This document shows, one piece after another, positions 36,431 to 54,300 of a DNA stretch of 64,000 nucleotides; position 1 is the stretch's first letter, and each line of letters begins with the position of its first letter. A program made the position numbers and the translations under genes. The notes below the pieces were generated by a model that was not told where the DNA came from, did not search any database, and saw only the letters and a program-made list of their open reading frames with translations. This stretch comes from Microbotryum violaceum (lineage: Eukaryota), in assembly GCA_001244265.2 (NCBI GenBank), contig CDLV01000004.1, positions 1,984,001 to 2,048,000 on the forward strand. The letters are read 5' to 3'.

Positions 36431-39400
36431 GAAGAGGGGACGCGCGCCTGGGCACTCTTAGTCTCTCTCCAGCGACTGATACGAGTGTCCAGTGTCAATT
36501 CTACATACTTTGGTCCTGTGATCCTTGTCGTCGTCGCTCAGGTGTACACTCCAACGGGGTGTATTACATCCATGGGGGTTCTTCAGCAGCACGGCTCGGG
36601 TCGAGAAGCTGTATCGCGACTCGACGCGCTGGGGGGCAGTCGTTGCAGCGGCCAGGGTCACCTTACCAACCATCAAGTCCGAACTCCTTACGCTCCCCGA
36701 ATTGCTCTCGCTTCCGCCTCGCCTCCCTTCACTCTATGCTGAATGTGCCAAGAATAAGAGACTGACGAGCGTGTAATCCAACCGTCAGTTAATTGCATAT
36801 GATAGTAGCCGTAGTGCTAGATGTACGTACCTGACGAGCGTGTAATCCAACCGTGGAGAGAAGACAACGGTTGGTGCGCATTGCCAGGCTTCACTAAACA
36901 AACGCGCGCTTCTAATCAAATAACCGAAAGCCGCCTTCCTGCTAATCCTCATTCACAACACGCCAACTCGCCCCTTCATGCGAAGCGTATGACATGGCCA
37001 CATACTCGGCCTCGGTACTGGAGAGGGTGACGAGAGTCTGTCGCTTGGCGACCCAAGAGATAACCCCACCAGCGCACATGAACACGTAGCCCGAGACGCT
37101 CCGGTGAGTGACCGGGTCGGCGCCATGATCAGCATCGACGAATCCCTCCAAGATTGCCGACATATGCTGGAGGACTTCTGATAGCGGATGCCAAAATTGC
37201 GGGTACCGACAAGGTAGCGCAGGATGTGTTTGAGCGCTTCCCAATGCTCCGCCGTGAAGTCGTTGCAGAAACGAGCAGCCTTTGAAACGGCGAACGCGAT
37301 GTCGGGTCGGGTGGTGCCAGAGAGGTATAAGAGCTTGCCTACAATGGCGCGATAGGGGATCGAGGCAGGATCAAAACCGGAGTCAGCACGATTCCTCAGA
37401 GTCGACGGAGCCGTGAGAGGCGTGGGGCGGGGGGAGGCATTGGCCATGTGGTGTTCCTCAAGGATGGCATCAACGAAATGTCCCTGGTTGACAATCGCAG
37501 CACCCGTCTTGCCCTCACGACGGATGCTCTGGCCGAGGAAGAAGGAAGCCTCGTTGGTGCTGCGAGCTTCGAACCGAGCCTTGAGCTGACAGAGCACGCC
37601 GTCGAGATTCCCGTCACCCGTGAGCAGACCATTGTCGACATGAATGGAGAGGAAAGACCGTTGATTCCCCTCTTTGCGAACGAAAACGGCATGGTCACTG
37701 TTGGTGCGGGTGAAGCCAATGGACAGGCTCCATTCAGTGAAGACCTTGTACCACTCGCGGCCCGCCTGAACGAGGCCGTAGAGAGCGCGCTGCAAGCGCA
37801 TGATATAACCTCCGGGTAGTCGCATGTAAATCTCGGTCCTGCCGAGGTTGCCGTTGAGGTACGCAGACAAGACGTCGAACTGGCGGGTCTCCCACTCGTT
37901 CTCGACGGCGAGGGCGAGTAACAGTCAATGAGAGGCGGCTCGACCTGTGGGCGAGAACGAATTAATATGCACCCCCCGACGTCTTTGCATGTCCCCGCGC
38001 GCAACAAGTCAAGCTTTGTACTTGACAATTTGACCCTCCGCATTGCGCTTGACGAGGAGCACCCACATGCTCCCAATGACAATGGCCCCGGGCGGGGGTC
38101 GAACCGGCTTGGAGAACGCATTCTTAGCGGCAAGAGCTCCCTCCTCCACCGACATGGCGGCCAGCCAGTAATCACGAAAGGGGCCAGCGAGGGCGGCCTG
38201 GACCGAAGGAGTGTCATCGCTGTCGATCTTGGCGAGGAGCGCAGAGACTTCCCCAAACGAGTACATCTGCGTGTCAGGGTCACCTTTGTCGAAGTCATCG
38301 AACTGGATGGCTGCATGGTTGGCAAACTCCCAATGCTGTGCCGCGTGAGCAAATCCGAGGTAGTCAGGCGGACGGCGGGTCCGGGTGGAGCGATCACCAT
38401 CGGGCGGTGCGTTTGCCGGGCCAGGGTTCGAAAATGCGAGGGCGGGCGGAACGGGTGGCGGAGCGGCGGCAGCGGGAGCCACGGCCGGCGCTTCGGCGAC
38501 AGGGGGCGCAGCGGCGGAACCGATGCCGAGCGGCGCGGGCGGGTAAGACAAACCAACCGCAACAGGGATGGCAGGCATGGCAGGACTCACCGCAGCGGGA
38601 AAGAAACGGTCCTCAAAAAACCTGGCCTGAGACGACTCAAAGACCTTGTTGCGAACCGGATCGAAGAAGCGCCAGGCCTTGGATTGCGAGGAGTAGCCAA
38701 CAAAGTAGCAGAGGCGGGATCGCAGGGCCAGCTTGTTGGGACGTTGCTTGGGGCGAGCGGCACGTGAGCGGCACAGCCCCAGGTCTTGACACGGTCGAGG
38801 CGGCGGCGGCGGGTGTCCGTGACCGGGTCCGAGGGTTCGTGCAGCACAGAGTCTGGGGTGCGCTGCTGGAGCGGCGACGAGGGGAGCAGATTTATGACGT
38901 AGATCGCGGCGTGCGCCGCTTCATCCCAAAGTGCAGGAGGCAGTCCCGAGCGATGGAGCCAGGCGCGAACGGAGTTGAAGATCGTTCGCCAGCTGCGTTC
39001 CTGAACGCCCATCTCGCCGTGCTCGTACGCTGTGGAGAGCTCGTGGAAAATGCCCCGCGCGGCGAGCCAATCCCGGAGCCTGTGGTTCACAAACTCCCCC
39101 CTCTGTCCGTGCGCAGCGTCGTGACGCCCTGGCCCCCGTACTGGGTCTTCGACATCGCAACAAAATCCTGAAGGACGGCTGACGAGTCACTCTTGAGCCG
39201 GATGCTGCGAGCCCAGCGGAAGCGCGAAAACTTGTCCGTGATGCCGCAGAGGTAATGAGCACCCGAAAGTGCGGGCACAGGGGAAGGACCCCACACGTCG
39301 GCAAAGACACGGGAGAAAAGTGTGTCCACGGGGTGGCTCGCGGGTTCCCGGTTTGGGGAAGAGACGGTTTTGCCGGCGCAACAAGCATTGCACTGATCGA

Positions 39401-40784
39401 GGAGGCGAATCTGATCCGGAGTTACAGCTGCTACATTGAGTGGAATTTGACCCGACCTAACAAGCTCTACCAAACGACCCCAAGAAGGATGACCCAAGCG
39501 CTGATGCCAAAGCACTACGTCTGTAGGCAAGGTGGTGGCAGTCAGCGCCAGGTGATCCGCCGAGGAGGTGGGTGAGAACTTGCCTGAAGCACGTAGTGGT
39601 TGCAATTGAGGGCGAAGGAAAGGCGGGAGGTCGCGCTCGAGATCGCGATCCCGGTATGTTTCCCAGCCGCGTCGCACTTGTTGGATAGCTCATACCCGTC
39701 CTTCATCAGGCTGGCGAGTGAGACGAGTTCAGCGGACAGACCGGGGACGAGGAGGACGTCGTGGAACTCGATGGACGCTTTGTCAACACCGAACCGGAGA
39801 GCGCCCGTACCGGTCGCCATGGCACTGGAGTTGAAGGCGCCGACGACCCGGACGCGCTCCGTGGTGAAGGGCTTGAAGTCGATGAGGAGGTCCCGGCGAG
39901 TCGTCATGTGGCGGGTCGCACCCGAATCAAGCAAGTAGCGCGGGATTTCGCTCAGGTACAGCACCGTGTCGTCGTCACCAATGGGTACGCCGACAACAAA
40001 GTATCCCTCGTAGGCCTCGGGTGCACGGTCGACGGCGACGAGCGCCATTACGTCGGCCGTGCCAATGGTGATGTTGTGCTTGGCGAGAACAGCGATGCGG
40101 CGGCGAGAGACCTCTGCCGACGGCACCGTGCATTCGTCGCCAAGATGTCCCTGCTCGTAGCACCTTCTGCACTGCATCCGACCCAGTTTCAGGCGACCAG
40201 CGTGCGAGATCCCGTGAGGCCACCTCTCCTTGAGGCCGGGCACCCTCGAGGCCTGAAGGAAGGGGGGCGCCGAGGGACCGGAAGGACGGCCCGAGGGTTT
40301 CGAGCGAGGACGACCCGAGGCTGGCTGACTCCGAGACTGCACCCGTGCCGCTAATGCCTCCGCGATGGGCTCGATCTGCCGGCTCGAGGAAAGTGCGGCC
40401 CTACGTATCGCGCCCTCAACTTGCTCGAGCGATGGGAGCGTGCCGAAGGAGTCGATGACCGTCACGAGGTTCCTCGGCATCCTAGCCTTCAAGAGGTCCA
40501 TGCAAACGCCCTCGGACAGCGCGGGCGGTGGTACCACTTGTCGAAATCGCTCTGGGTAAACGATGTGCCGTCGATCCTGGCGCGTTGATAGGCTTTGTCA
40601 CGGGAGACGTGGGCGGCGACGAGGTCCTCAAACAACCGGTTGAAGTTCGCAAGCCATGGGTCGAGCGCTTCGCCGTCGACAAATGGCTCACACAAGAAGA
40701 GGGCGTCGAGCTTCGCTGAGCGCATGAAATTGTCCGAAGCGCGACCGAGATCCTTATCGAGCGCGGCCCACAAGTCGTGCGTGG

Positions 40785-45551
<4,767 letters not shown>

Positions 45552-46240
45552 CGTGGCGTTGGCTTTGACGCGGGCGAAGGTGGACTCCCCCAAGCATACG
45601 ATTAGCGTGTTGTGCGCCTGCGCAAGGGCCTGATCGAGAGCGTCGACATCCTGACGGTACAATCGAAGTTGGTTGCGATAGGTGGCCACATCGTCTACCC
45701 GGTTGTCGCCCTCCAAGCGAGTGAACTCGGACTGCAAAAGCTCGGGGCCGACGTCTAGAACACCGGTGACGTGCTTGAGGCGGCCCTCGCCTTTCAGGAC
45801 GTTCTGAAGTCGCTCCCTGGCAACACTCCAGTTGGTGGCGTCGACTTTGCCGTATAGGTCGCCCATCAGACTGACGTGGTCAGCCGTGGGAGTCGCCATC
45901 TTGGATATGCGCTGCGTCTTTTCTGCGTGCGGATCTGTGCCTTGCGGCAATACAGACGCTACCAAATAAGAGACTGACGAGCGTGTAATCCAACCGTGGA
46001 GAGAAGACAACGGTTGGTGCGCATTGCCAGGCTTCACTAAACAAACGCGCGCTTCTAATCAAATAACCGAAAGCCGCCTTCCTGCTAATCCTCATTCACA
46101 ACACGCCAACTCCAAGCACGCATATGACGATGCGGACGCAGTGGCGAAGTTTGCGCAGATCGCGGACCTGTACTGGAGGGACGAAGGAAAGGGCTGGGCT
46201 CTGGTTGGTCATTGACGCGGGTTCTGGCAGCACTCTAAGG

Positions 46241-46660
46241 TGTGAGATTGACAACCTCCTGTGTTTCCTTCTCGCATCATGTCTCCTTTTCTCGGTCTCG
46301 TTTTACTTCCTTTGACCTGCCTTTCACACCTTAGCTCTCTTCCTTTCTGGGCTGGGTCCGTGCGCCTGACACAGGTGGCTGGCCCAGCTGCGCGCTCACC
46401 CGAGCCAACTGGCTCCGCGCTTCTCTTTCTCCTGCTCAAGCAACTTCTTGGTCTGGTCTCCTTGGTCCGTCGATCAGAGCCTTACCACCGCTTGAGCAGG
46501 TGAGCACTACACTTCGTTCTTCCTTTACTTTCACTAGCTATTATAACTCACTGTAGTGCTTGAGCAGGTGTGTAATTCAAGCAACTTCTTGGTCTGGTCT
46601 CCTTGGTCCGTCGATCAGAGCCTTACCACCGCTTGAGCAGGTGTTCGTCGCAACTTCATA
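46241..46660 (+). mobile_element. Solo LTR of a further family (F), 420 bp, TSD taagg
   Basis: TGTGAG..TTCATA termini (CA>TA); taagg at 46236-46240 and 46661-46665; interrupts LINE ORF2. Confidence 0.85.
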
Positions 46661-47801
46661 TAAGGAACCCGCCCTACAGCACGAGCACGTGTGGTCGCGC
46701 GTGGGTCAGTTGCTCAAGGCGAAAGCCTTGCTGCCCAAGACCGCGTTGCGACGGTGCTTCAACTTCTTTGGGCTCACCCGACCGTTCACTGTTCGCAAGC
46801 TTCGTCGGCTTGTGAACGTGGTTCGGTTCCCAGGAAGGGAGGATTGTGTCAAGCGTTTCCGTGATGGGACTCCTCAGAGCGATAGGAAGCGCTTCTGGAG
46901 ATGGCTTCATGACCGGTTCGCGTCTGCTGTGGAGCAGGACACCCACTGGCGGCTCATGTACGACGTGACGCCGACGCGCAAGAGGCAGCATACTCAGGGT
47001 CATGCCTCTTCGCCGACGTGTCTGTTCTGCGGCAACGATGCAGCGGTCATCGAGACGGTGTCGCACTACTTCTTCGAGTGCGCGTACTCGACCAGCTTCT
47101 GGGGTGGGGTGCTTCGCATTCTGTTCGACAAGCTGGGCATCGAGGATACCGACGTCGATCCGTCGACGTTCACTCCGGAGCAGCTGACTATGGGGCTCCC
47201 CCTTTTGCGGGGTCGTGGGAGAACGACCTCGAGATGGATGTGGGTTCGGCTGGCCTGCGCGATCGGCTTCCAGCGGCTGCACCTGCTCCGCTGGCGCGTT
47301 CATCAGCGGTTCGAGCTGGACAAGGTCGTGGCCCCTCCCTCGCTCCCCAGTGCACTCAGAGCGTTCAAGCGAGATTTTCTCTCTCGAGCGGGTTTTGTGC
47401 CTGGGGCTCGAGATTGGGAGGTGTGATGACCGAGTTAAGTCCTTCCTTCCCATTTTCCTCCCCTCCTTTCCTCCCTTCTTTTTCGGAGGTCGACTCCTCT
47501 TTTAGAAGCTGACTGTCTTGGAACTTGTTGCGCAGTGGAAGGCTGCGCACCTCTCCCTCTCTCTCTCTACTTTGCGCAGTAGCGGTTTTTTATTCTTGGA
47601 TGGATCGGCAAGCCAGGTCGATTGTCTTTGCGTTGGAGGCTTTGTGAAGTTTTTCCCTCTCCTTTCCCCCCCTTTTTCCCTTCCCTTCCTCTTCTCGTTC
47701 CTGTTGCTCGGTTGTTGACTACGCTTCAGCCACTTCTCCTTTTACTCCTAAGCCGTGTGTTGGGTTCCGTTGAATGGTTCGTTTGTTCGCGTTGGTCAAG
47801 A

Positions 47802-48138
47802 TTTTTTTTTTTTTTTTTTTTGACTGGGGCTCATAAATTGCAATCCTTCGGGTTGGCTGGGACCGCTACAAAAAGAGCTAAAGGAGGTTATAAAGCAACG
47901 ACAGCAAGCAGTTGGGTGAAAGTCAAACCCCTGCGCGCAAACAGCGCTGCGCAGATCAAAGCCCGCCGAGCACCTAACGCGGACTCCAACGGGCGGTGAG
48001 TACTGCTGCCGCTTCACGTCCCAAGAGCGGGAGCAAAGATACTCGAAAACCAGGCAAGAGCGCCTAGAGAAAGAAGGGGGAGAGTATACAGAAAGTCACG
48101 ACTGGGGATACGGAGAACCAGGAATACTAAGACAGAGA
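47802..48138 (-). mobile_element. Heavily 5'-truncated retroposed 3' UTR with A20 tail (same family as 29528-30125)
   Basis: T20 at 47802-47821; near-identical to 29551-29870. Confidence 0.75.
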
Positions 48139-48144
48139 CAACGC

Positions 48145-49770
48145 TTTTTTTTTTTTGTAGAAAACGTTCATCATATTGCCCCCAGTTCCTGTTCCCCCTG
48201 TTTTGGCCTACGGAAAAACTAGATGGAAGACTACGATGATAACACAAACCGCCCGCAAAAGTGCGAGAAACGAGCCAAGTCCACCAATCCGAGATTCGGA
48301 TTCAAATGCCCTAGCCAAGCGGTTGCTCCCCCCAGGAGACTAATGAGAGAGAGAAAGAGAGATGAAGAGAAAAAAAGAAAGAAAAGAAATGTACTAACGA
48401 CAGAAGGCCCACCCCACAGCCACTTCCCACTCGGTCGAGACGAAGACAAGAGCACGATTGCGCAACCACCACGACCCTCGACGCTCCAAGTCTCTGCTCA
48501 GTCACAACAAGACGCGGTGAAGGTCCCTCAAAACCTCCCCCATCGGCAGTCCCTGGCCCCTCAAAGCCGACTTTCTGCCTGTGTCCGCTGATCCCTCCCT
48601 TGACTCAGAACCCCGAAGCCGAAGAGCGCGAGCCACACCGAGTCGACGCCAAATCGCGAGATGGTCCATGATCCGCAACGGTGAACCTGTAACAAATGAA
48701 AGATGAAAGCGATCTATTTAGTGTACAGTAGGAGAAAATGATGTCACGAGAATTTGGTGTGTGTGTGTGGTGGTGGTGGGGGAAAGTTGAACCCAGCCTC
48801 TACTGCCCTCTCCTCCCCCAAGCTCCTCCCGCCCTCAGCTTCAACCTCTCCTCCAAGATGATCCTCCTCCTCACAACACCCTCCATCTTCGTCCCCCACT
48901 TCTGCATCCCCCACCTCCCGCTGCTGATCATCTCCAAGACCAGCCCGGTGAATATTTCGATCGTCCTCCCCGCTCCTTCTTGATCGCGTAGACTGGCCTT
49001 GAGCTTCGGAAGTCCGAACATGCGTTGAACAGCCGTGTAATGCGTGTTGTCGATCGTGTCGAGCCCCAGTGCGTCGCAGAGCACGCTCCTTGCCGCGATC
49101 CAAACGTTCCCAGAGTCAACGCAGTCGAAAAAGTAGTGGTCGGTGTCGTCCACCGGCGCCTCGCAGACGAGGCACGCGGGAGAAGTGTCGTGATTCTGTT
49201 GGTGTTGCAGCTTGCGCGTCGGGGTGAAGCGGAGAATCAGCTTGAACCAAACTTCCCTCTCCCTCGCCGTCAGTGCCTTCGAGTTGACCGCCTTCCAAAA
49301 GCTCCTGAGGTCGTCCGGCTGCGGTGGTCCCTTGAGCCCGAGCGTGTTGGTAAAGGCCTTCGCGTTCAGGACCCGGCGGATGCGACGGATGGTGTACGGT
49401 CGAGCCATGTTCAGCAGCTTGTACTGGCTCGCCTGCTGTGGAAGCACCGGGTCCGGAAGGCGCTGCTCCATTGCGAAGCGGGCCACGGGCTTGGGGAGAA
49501 TTGCCTCGAGCAGTGCGCTGGTGCCGATCCGGGGAGGCACGTTGAGCCGTCCTGCCGCCACCGCCACCGCCAAGGGCGTGTTCTTGTGTCGATCGACAGT
49601 AAACCGGTACCAGGCCGCGATTGCCAGTTGCTGCGGGAGCCCGCGTTGATCGTACTCGCTGTTGTCGCCGATCACATCCGCCGGCGGCGTCCAAAGGTGA
49701 AACCCCCCACCCGCATACAACTCGCGCCGGTAGAGATCCGCTACACCAGGGCTATTGGTGGGTAGAGTTG
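48145..49770 (-). mobile_element. 3' part of a third L1/Tx1-like LINE (ORF2 C-terminus 48800-49770, 3' UTR, A12 tail)
   Basis: TPTRK..PACLVCEAPVDDTDHYFFDC motif homologous to 46560-47426; T12 at 48145-48156. Confidence 0.8.
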
Positions 49771-51394
49771 AGTTGACCAGATGCTTGCCTTGGTTCAAGC
49801 ATTTTGGGCGCAATGGTGTAGTCGTAAGACGCGCAGGCGTGCACTCACAGGTCGCGGTTTCGATGCGCCCAGAGTGCACTCTTATTTCAGTTTGTTTTAT
49901 AATTTTGTTAGCCGAGGCGCGGCTTCAGGGTTTTTGCCAGTGCTCCCGCGACCAATCCAATCCTTTTTACCCCTGAAGCGACCTCTTGGAGTCTTTGATT
50001 TGGGTAAGTCCCCTCAGCGCTTGGGCAGTCCTTTCCTTTTGGTTTTAGCACCTTCCCCCGGAGCTTGGTCCGCTCATCCTCTTTTGTTGATCCTCCTCTT
50101 CTTCTCAATTGTTGGGAATAAAGTCCTTTACACTTGATTCCCGGCAAGCCACTCGACCGACGCCCCTCCTTGGTTGCTCCCTGTCGACTGCCACCGCCCC
50201 AGCCTATTATACATCTCAAATCCACGCCCCCCCCCCCTCCCCCCCCTCCCTCGCGTGTAGACGACGTCATCCCCTCCGACGTCGCCTGCCACTGCAGGTC
50301 GGTCCGAAGTCGGGTTTAAGTCAAGTCTCTATAAACTGCGCTTAGCCTTAGGGCACCAGCTAACAGCAAGACAGAATGAAAAAGTAAAAAAGAATGGTTA
50401 CAACCACTACCTCCTGCCTACGGGGCGGGAGCTCCAGCGCTCCAGCTCTGCGCCCTTCGGCTGGCCCCTCACTCAGGTCAGGCGACTATGAGCAAGGCTC
50501 ACTTAGACTTGCTTTGCAGGCTAGGGTGAAGTTCTGATGGGTACTAAAACTCTCTTAGAGAGAGGTACTTGATAACTTACTGGTTCTCTCAGGCTTGGGT
50601 GGGTGTTTTTTGGTTAAAATGTCCATTAGTCTTACACATTTTGCAACGCAAGGGGTAAATTAAAGGTTGGTTCGTTTCTCCATAGCGGCAATGTATGGTG
50701 TACGGGCAGGGTTCTACGTCTATCCCGCGCGCTTTTGGTGCCTTTTCTTGCGCCTGGCGCGGGGCATAGCGCGTAGTCTTGCCGTCGGCCACACACATGC
50801 ACTTGCTCCGGATTGCAATCGTGCTGGTCTATACCTGTAGGGTCTAGCGTTTTGATTCTGACTCTGGTGAAGCCTCGGATCTTGACCCATACTCGGCCGC
50901 TGGGATTCGTCCGTTTCGCCGCCGCATTTGTTACGGCGCCAGGTACCGCCCACCATCCTCTTGGCGGCGCCTCAGCTTCCCCGCCCGCTTCACGCACGAG
51001 TGTACGTCTTTGCTCGCTTCAAATGCTGTGCGCGACCTACATTTGCTTGCTCACTTCATACTCATCTACCACGATGCATCATTGACGTCCTGAACATTCC
51101 TTCTACGTCTCTGCTCGGGTTGCACAAACTAAGCAAGGAGCGGAACGGCCGAAGTTCTTTGCGGATATGAATAGTCTCTTGACTTCTCGAGCAGTCGCGG
51201 TTTCTGTACCAATCACGTCACATAAAGATGGTGTTCATTTCCCGCGATGCCACTCCTATATCACCTTCACAACAAAAAGGTACCTTGCTGAAAGATCATT
51301 CAATGCTCCATTCATTTGTTTCTCCGGCCTCCCGCCTACTTCGAGCTTTGAACTTGCTCGGCAGCAGCCTTGATTGTTGGGCCGATGACCAAGT

Positions 51395-54300
51395 TGTTGA
51401 GTTGACCACTTGAGGAGTACACTCTGCAGGCTACATGAGCGCGAGCGCGCGCGCGCTTTCTTAGCTTCCTTCTGATTCGAGTGTTCTAACGTATTGAACC
51501 GCCTCGAATCAGGTCAGTAGTATTCACGGTATCATTGCAATAGTTAACTGAGCGTTCTAACGTATTGAACCACCTCGAATCAGACGCTGAGATTCTAGAG
51601 GTTATAAGCCCGACGACTTCGCACAGCTGCTGCCACGTTGCAGCGGTTCACCCGAACGCTCCACCATGACTGGCGAACAGTCAACTATCGACAAGTCCGT
51701 CGACGCAGACCCTTCAACACACTCGCAAGCTTCTCGTTTCCCCGCATTGCGATTTTGAAAAATAACAACCTCGATGTATGGCTCGATCACGTTCGCTTCA
51801 CCATCGACAGGCGTCAGTGGCAGCTCTCCTTTCCCAAGCAGTACCCATCCGCTTAATGCAAGGACGACGATGAACTCGATCGAGCTCATGATGCGGTACA
51901 CAAGGAAATGCATCAAACCTGCTCGGAAAGTGTGGCGCATCTTCTGGTCAGGTGCTACGACATGACGCCGGAGCAGACGGTCGAATACCTTCGAAAGCAC
52001 CTCGGTCGGTCTTCCCTTCGCGGCATTATCACGCAGGTCGGAAAGTTGTTCTCGGTCGGACCGCCACCAGCACAGGAAGACGATTATCTTAATTGGGCCG
52101 GGTCCATCACTCGCCTCACAACTGACCTACGGGCTCACAATATGACGTTCGATCAAGTGGTTGCATGCCACCTCATTGCGATTGTGGGGGCTCGACGACC
52201 GTCGTATCTGGATCAGTTTGACTCCAAAGGCGTCGATGCAATAACAACTGTTGACACAGTGATCGCAGCAGGTCGAGCTCCAGCAAGCTTGAGTCAAGAA
52301 ATTGGGAACGCTGCGACGGCGTTGTTGGCCACGACTGGTGCCCCACCGAAGCCACCTGGCCCCTGCTGGAACTGCGGTGAAGACACCCACTTCAACAAAA
52401 ACTGTTCCAAGCCGAAGAAGAAGAAGTCTTCACGACGCAAGACGACCAAAGGCGAGGAACCGATGGCGAATTTGACGCTCCCTTCGGTTGAAGACATTCT
52501 GGGGATCAATTCCGTTGGCGCGTTCTTCACGCAATTACCAAAGGGACACTCTTGAGAAATGATCCTCTACGACACCGCAGCAACTCATCATGTCATCAAT
52601 GATCCTGCCGCGTTTGCCGACCTGAAGGCAACAGCTCCGTCTTCGTTAAAGGGCATCAATGGTGAGGGAAAGACCATTATGGGAGTAGGCACGGCCTGCA
52701 TCGAAGACAAGAACGGCAAGAGGTACAACTTGGTCAACAGCATCTTCGTCCCTAGTGCCCCCGCCAATCTCTTTGCCGGGCATCGAGCCAATCGTGATAG
52801 TCGCAAGATCACCATTCAAAATGGGTGATTCACGGTGGCGGGAAATGGCGACATCCTACTCACGGGACAGAAGCTCAATTTGGGGTTGTATTGTCTGGAC
52901 CTCAAGTTGATTCGAGCTCAAAGTGCACCCCTTGACTGTGCGTCAGCCACAGCTCTGACAACAGTGCCTCTCCACATCTGGCACGGATGTTTCACTCATC
53001 TGCACTGCCGTTCTCTTCACCAGCTGTCCAAGTCTGACGCTGTGATAGGTTTGAACATGAAGTCTTGCAGTGACTTGAAATGCGAATTGTGTCTGGCCGG
53101 TAAAGCTATGCACAAGCCGTTCCCAAACTCCGAATCGCGTGCCGGAAAACCCCTTGATCTTGTCCACATTGATCTTTTGTCCTTCGACGGCAAGCTGTCA
53201 CTTGCAAACCATTGCTACGCGCTAGTTATCATCGACGATTGTACGCGGTACATGTGGGTGTTGACAATGCCGCGGAAGTCGGACTCCTTCTGAAGGTTCA
53301 AAATGTGGAAACTACGGGTCGAGCTGTTGTCAGGGCACACTTTGAAAGTTGTCTGTTCGGACTGCGGTGGCGAGTTCCTTTTGACAGAGTTCAAGCGATG
53401 GTTGGACGGCACGGGTTTGTCGCTACAACTCACGATCCCCAGCACGCCCAAGCAAAACGGTGTCGCCGAAAGGGCCAACCACTTGATTTCGGAAGCAGCT
53501 CCAACAATGCTGTATGAATCCGGTCTGCCCACGGTGTTTTGGGCCGAAGCCGTGGCTACATACGTGTATGTGAAGAATTGTTCCCCACACTCTGCCCTTG
53601 GTGCCAAGGTGCCATATCAGGAATGGACCAGGAAACCTGCTCACGTTCATCACTTACGGGTCTTCGGATGTTGAGCTTGGCACACGGCAAATACTGAACA
53701 GTGTAAGAAGCTCCAGCCACGGGGCCTTCCAATGATCTTCCTCGGATACGACCTAGAATCCAAAGCCTACCGCCTATGGGACCCGGTGAGGGCGTGGTTA
53801 ACGTTATTGCGAAGCGTAACATTCTTCAAGGACAAGTTCCCGGCCCGTGAAGGCGCGCCAGCACCGAGGACACCAACAATTGAGGTGATCGAAGTAGTCG
53901 TACCTCAACCAGTTGCGACAAATTGCCATGAAGCTGAGCAACAGCCAATCGCTGCGGCCCCGGAGGTCGAGGTACACGCCCGGGAGGAAAATCTGGTCGA
54001 TGACGTTGACCCTGCCGAGCAATGCGGACCAGCTGTGGAAGATGTACCAAAGGAGCTGCGTTTTGAAGCTCCCGGACCTGCTTGGGCAGCACCGGTCGGA
54101 AAGCGGGCTCGTAGGGCGCCTGAGCGTTTCGAACCGGAGGCCTTCGCAGCCGTTGCCGATTCCGACGAGGAGGACGGTCCGTTTGTTTTGCCAACTAGTG
54201 ATCCCACGACTTGGAAGGCAGCCATGGCCCACCACAAGTCTCACAAATGGGCGCAAGGTGCAATCGATGAGTTCGAGTCATTGCGTGATGATTACTCAGT

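Noticed and set aside
50589-50997. Cys-rich short ORFs on the minus strand
   Set aside because: No recognisable domain or supportable gene model
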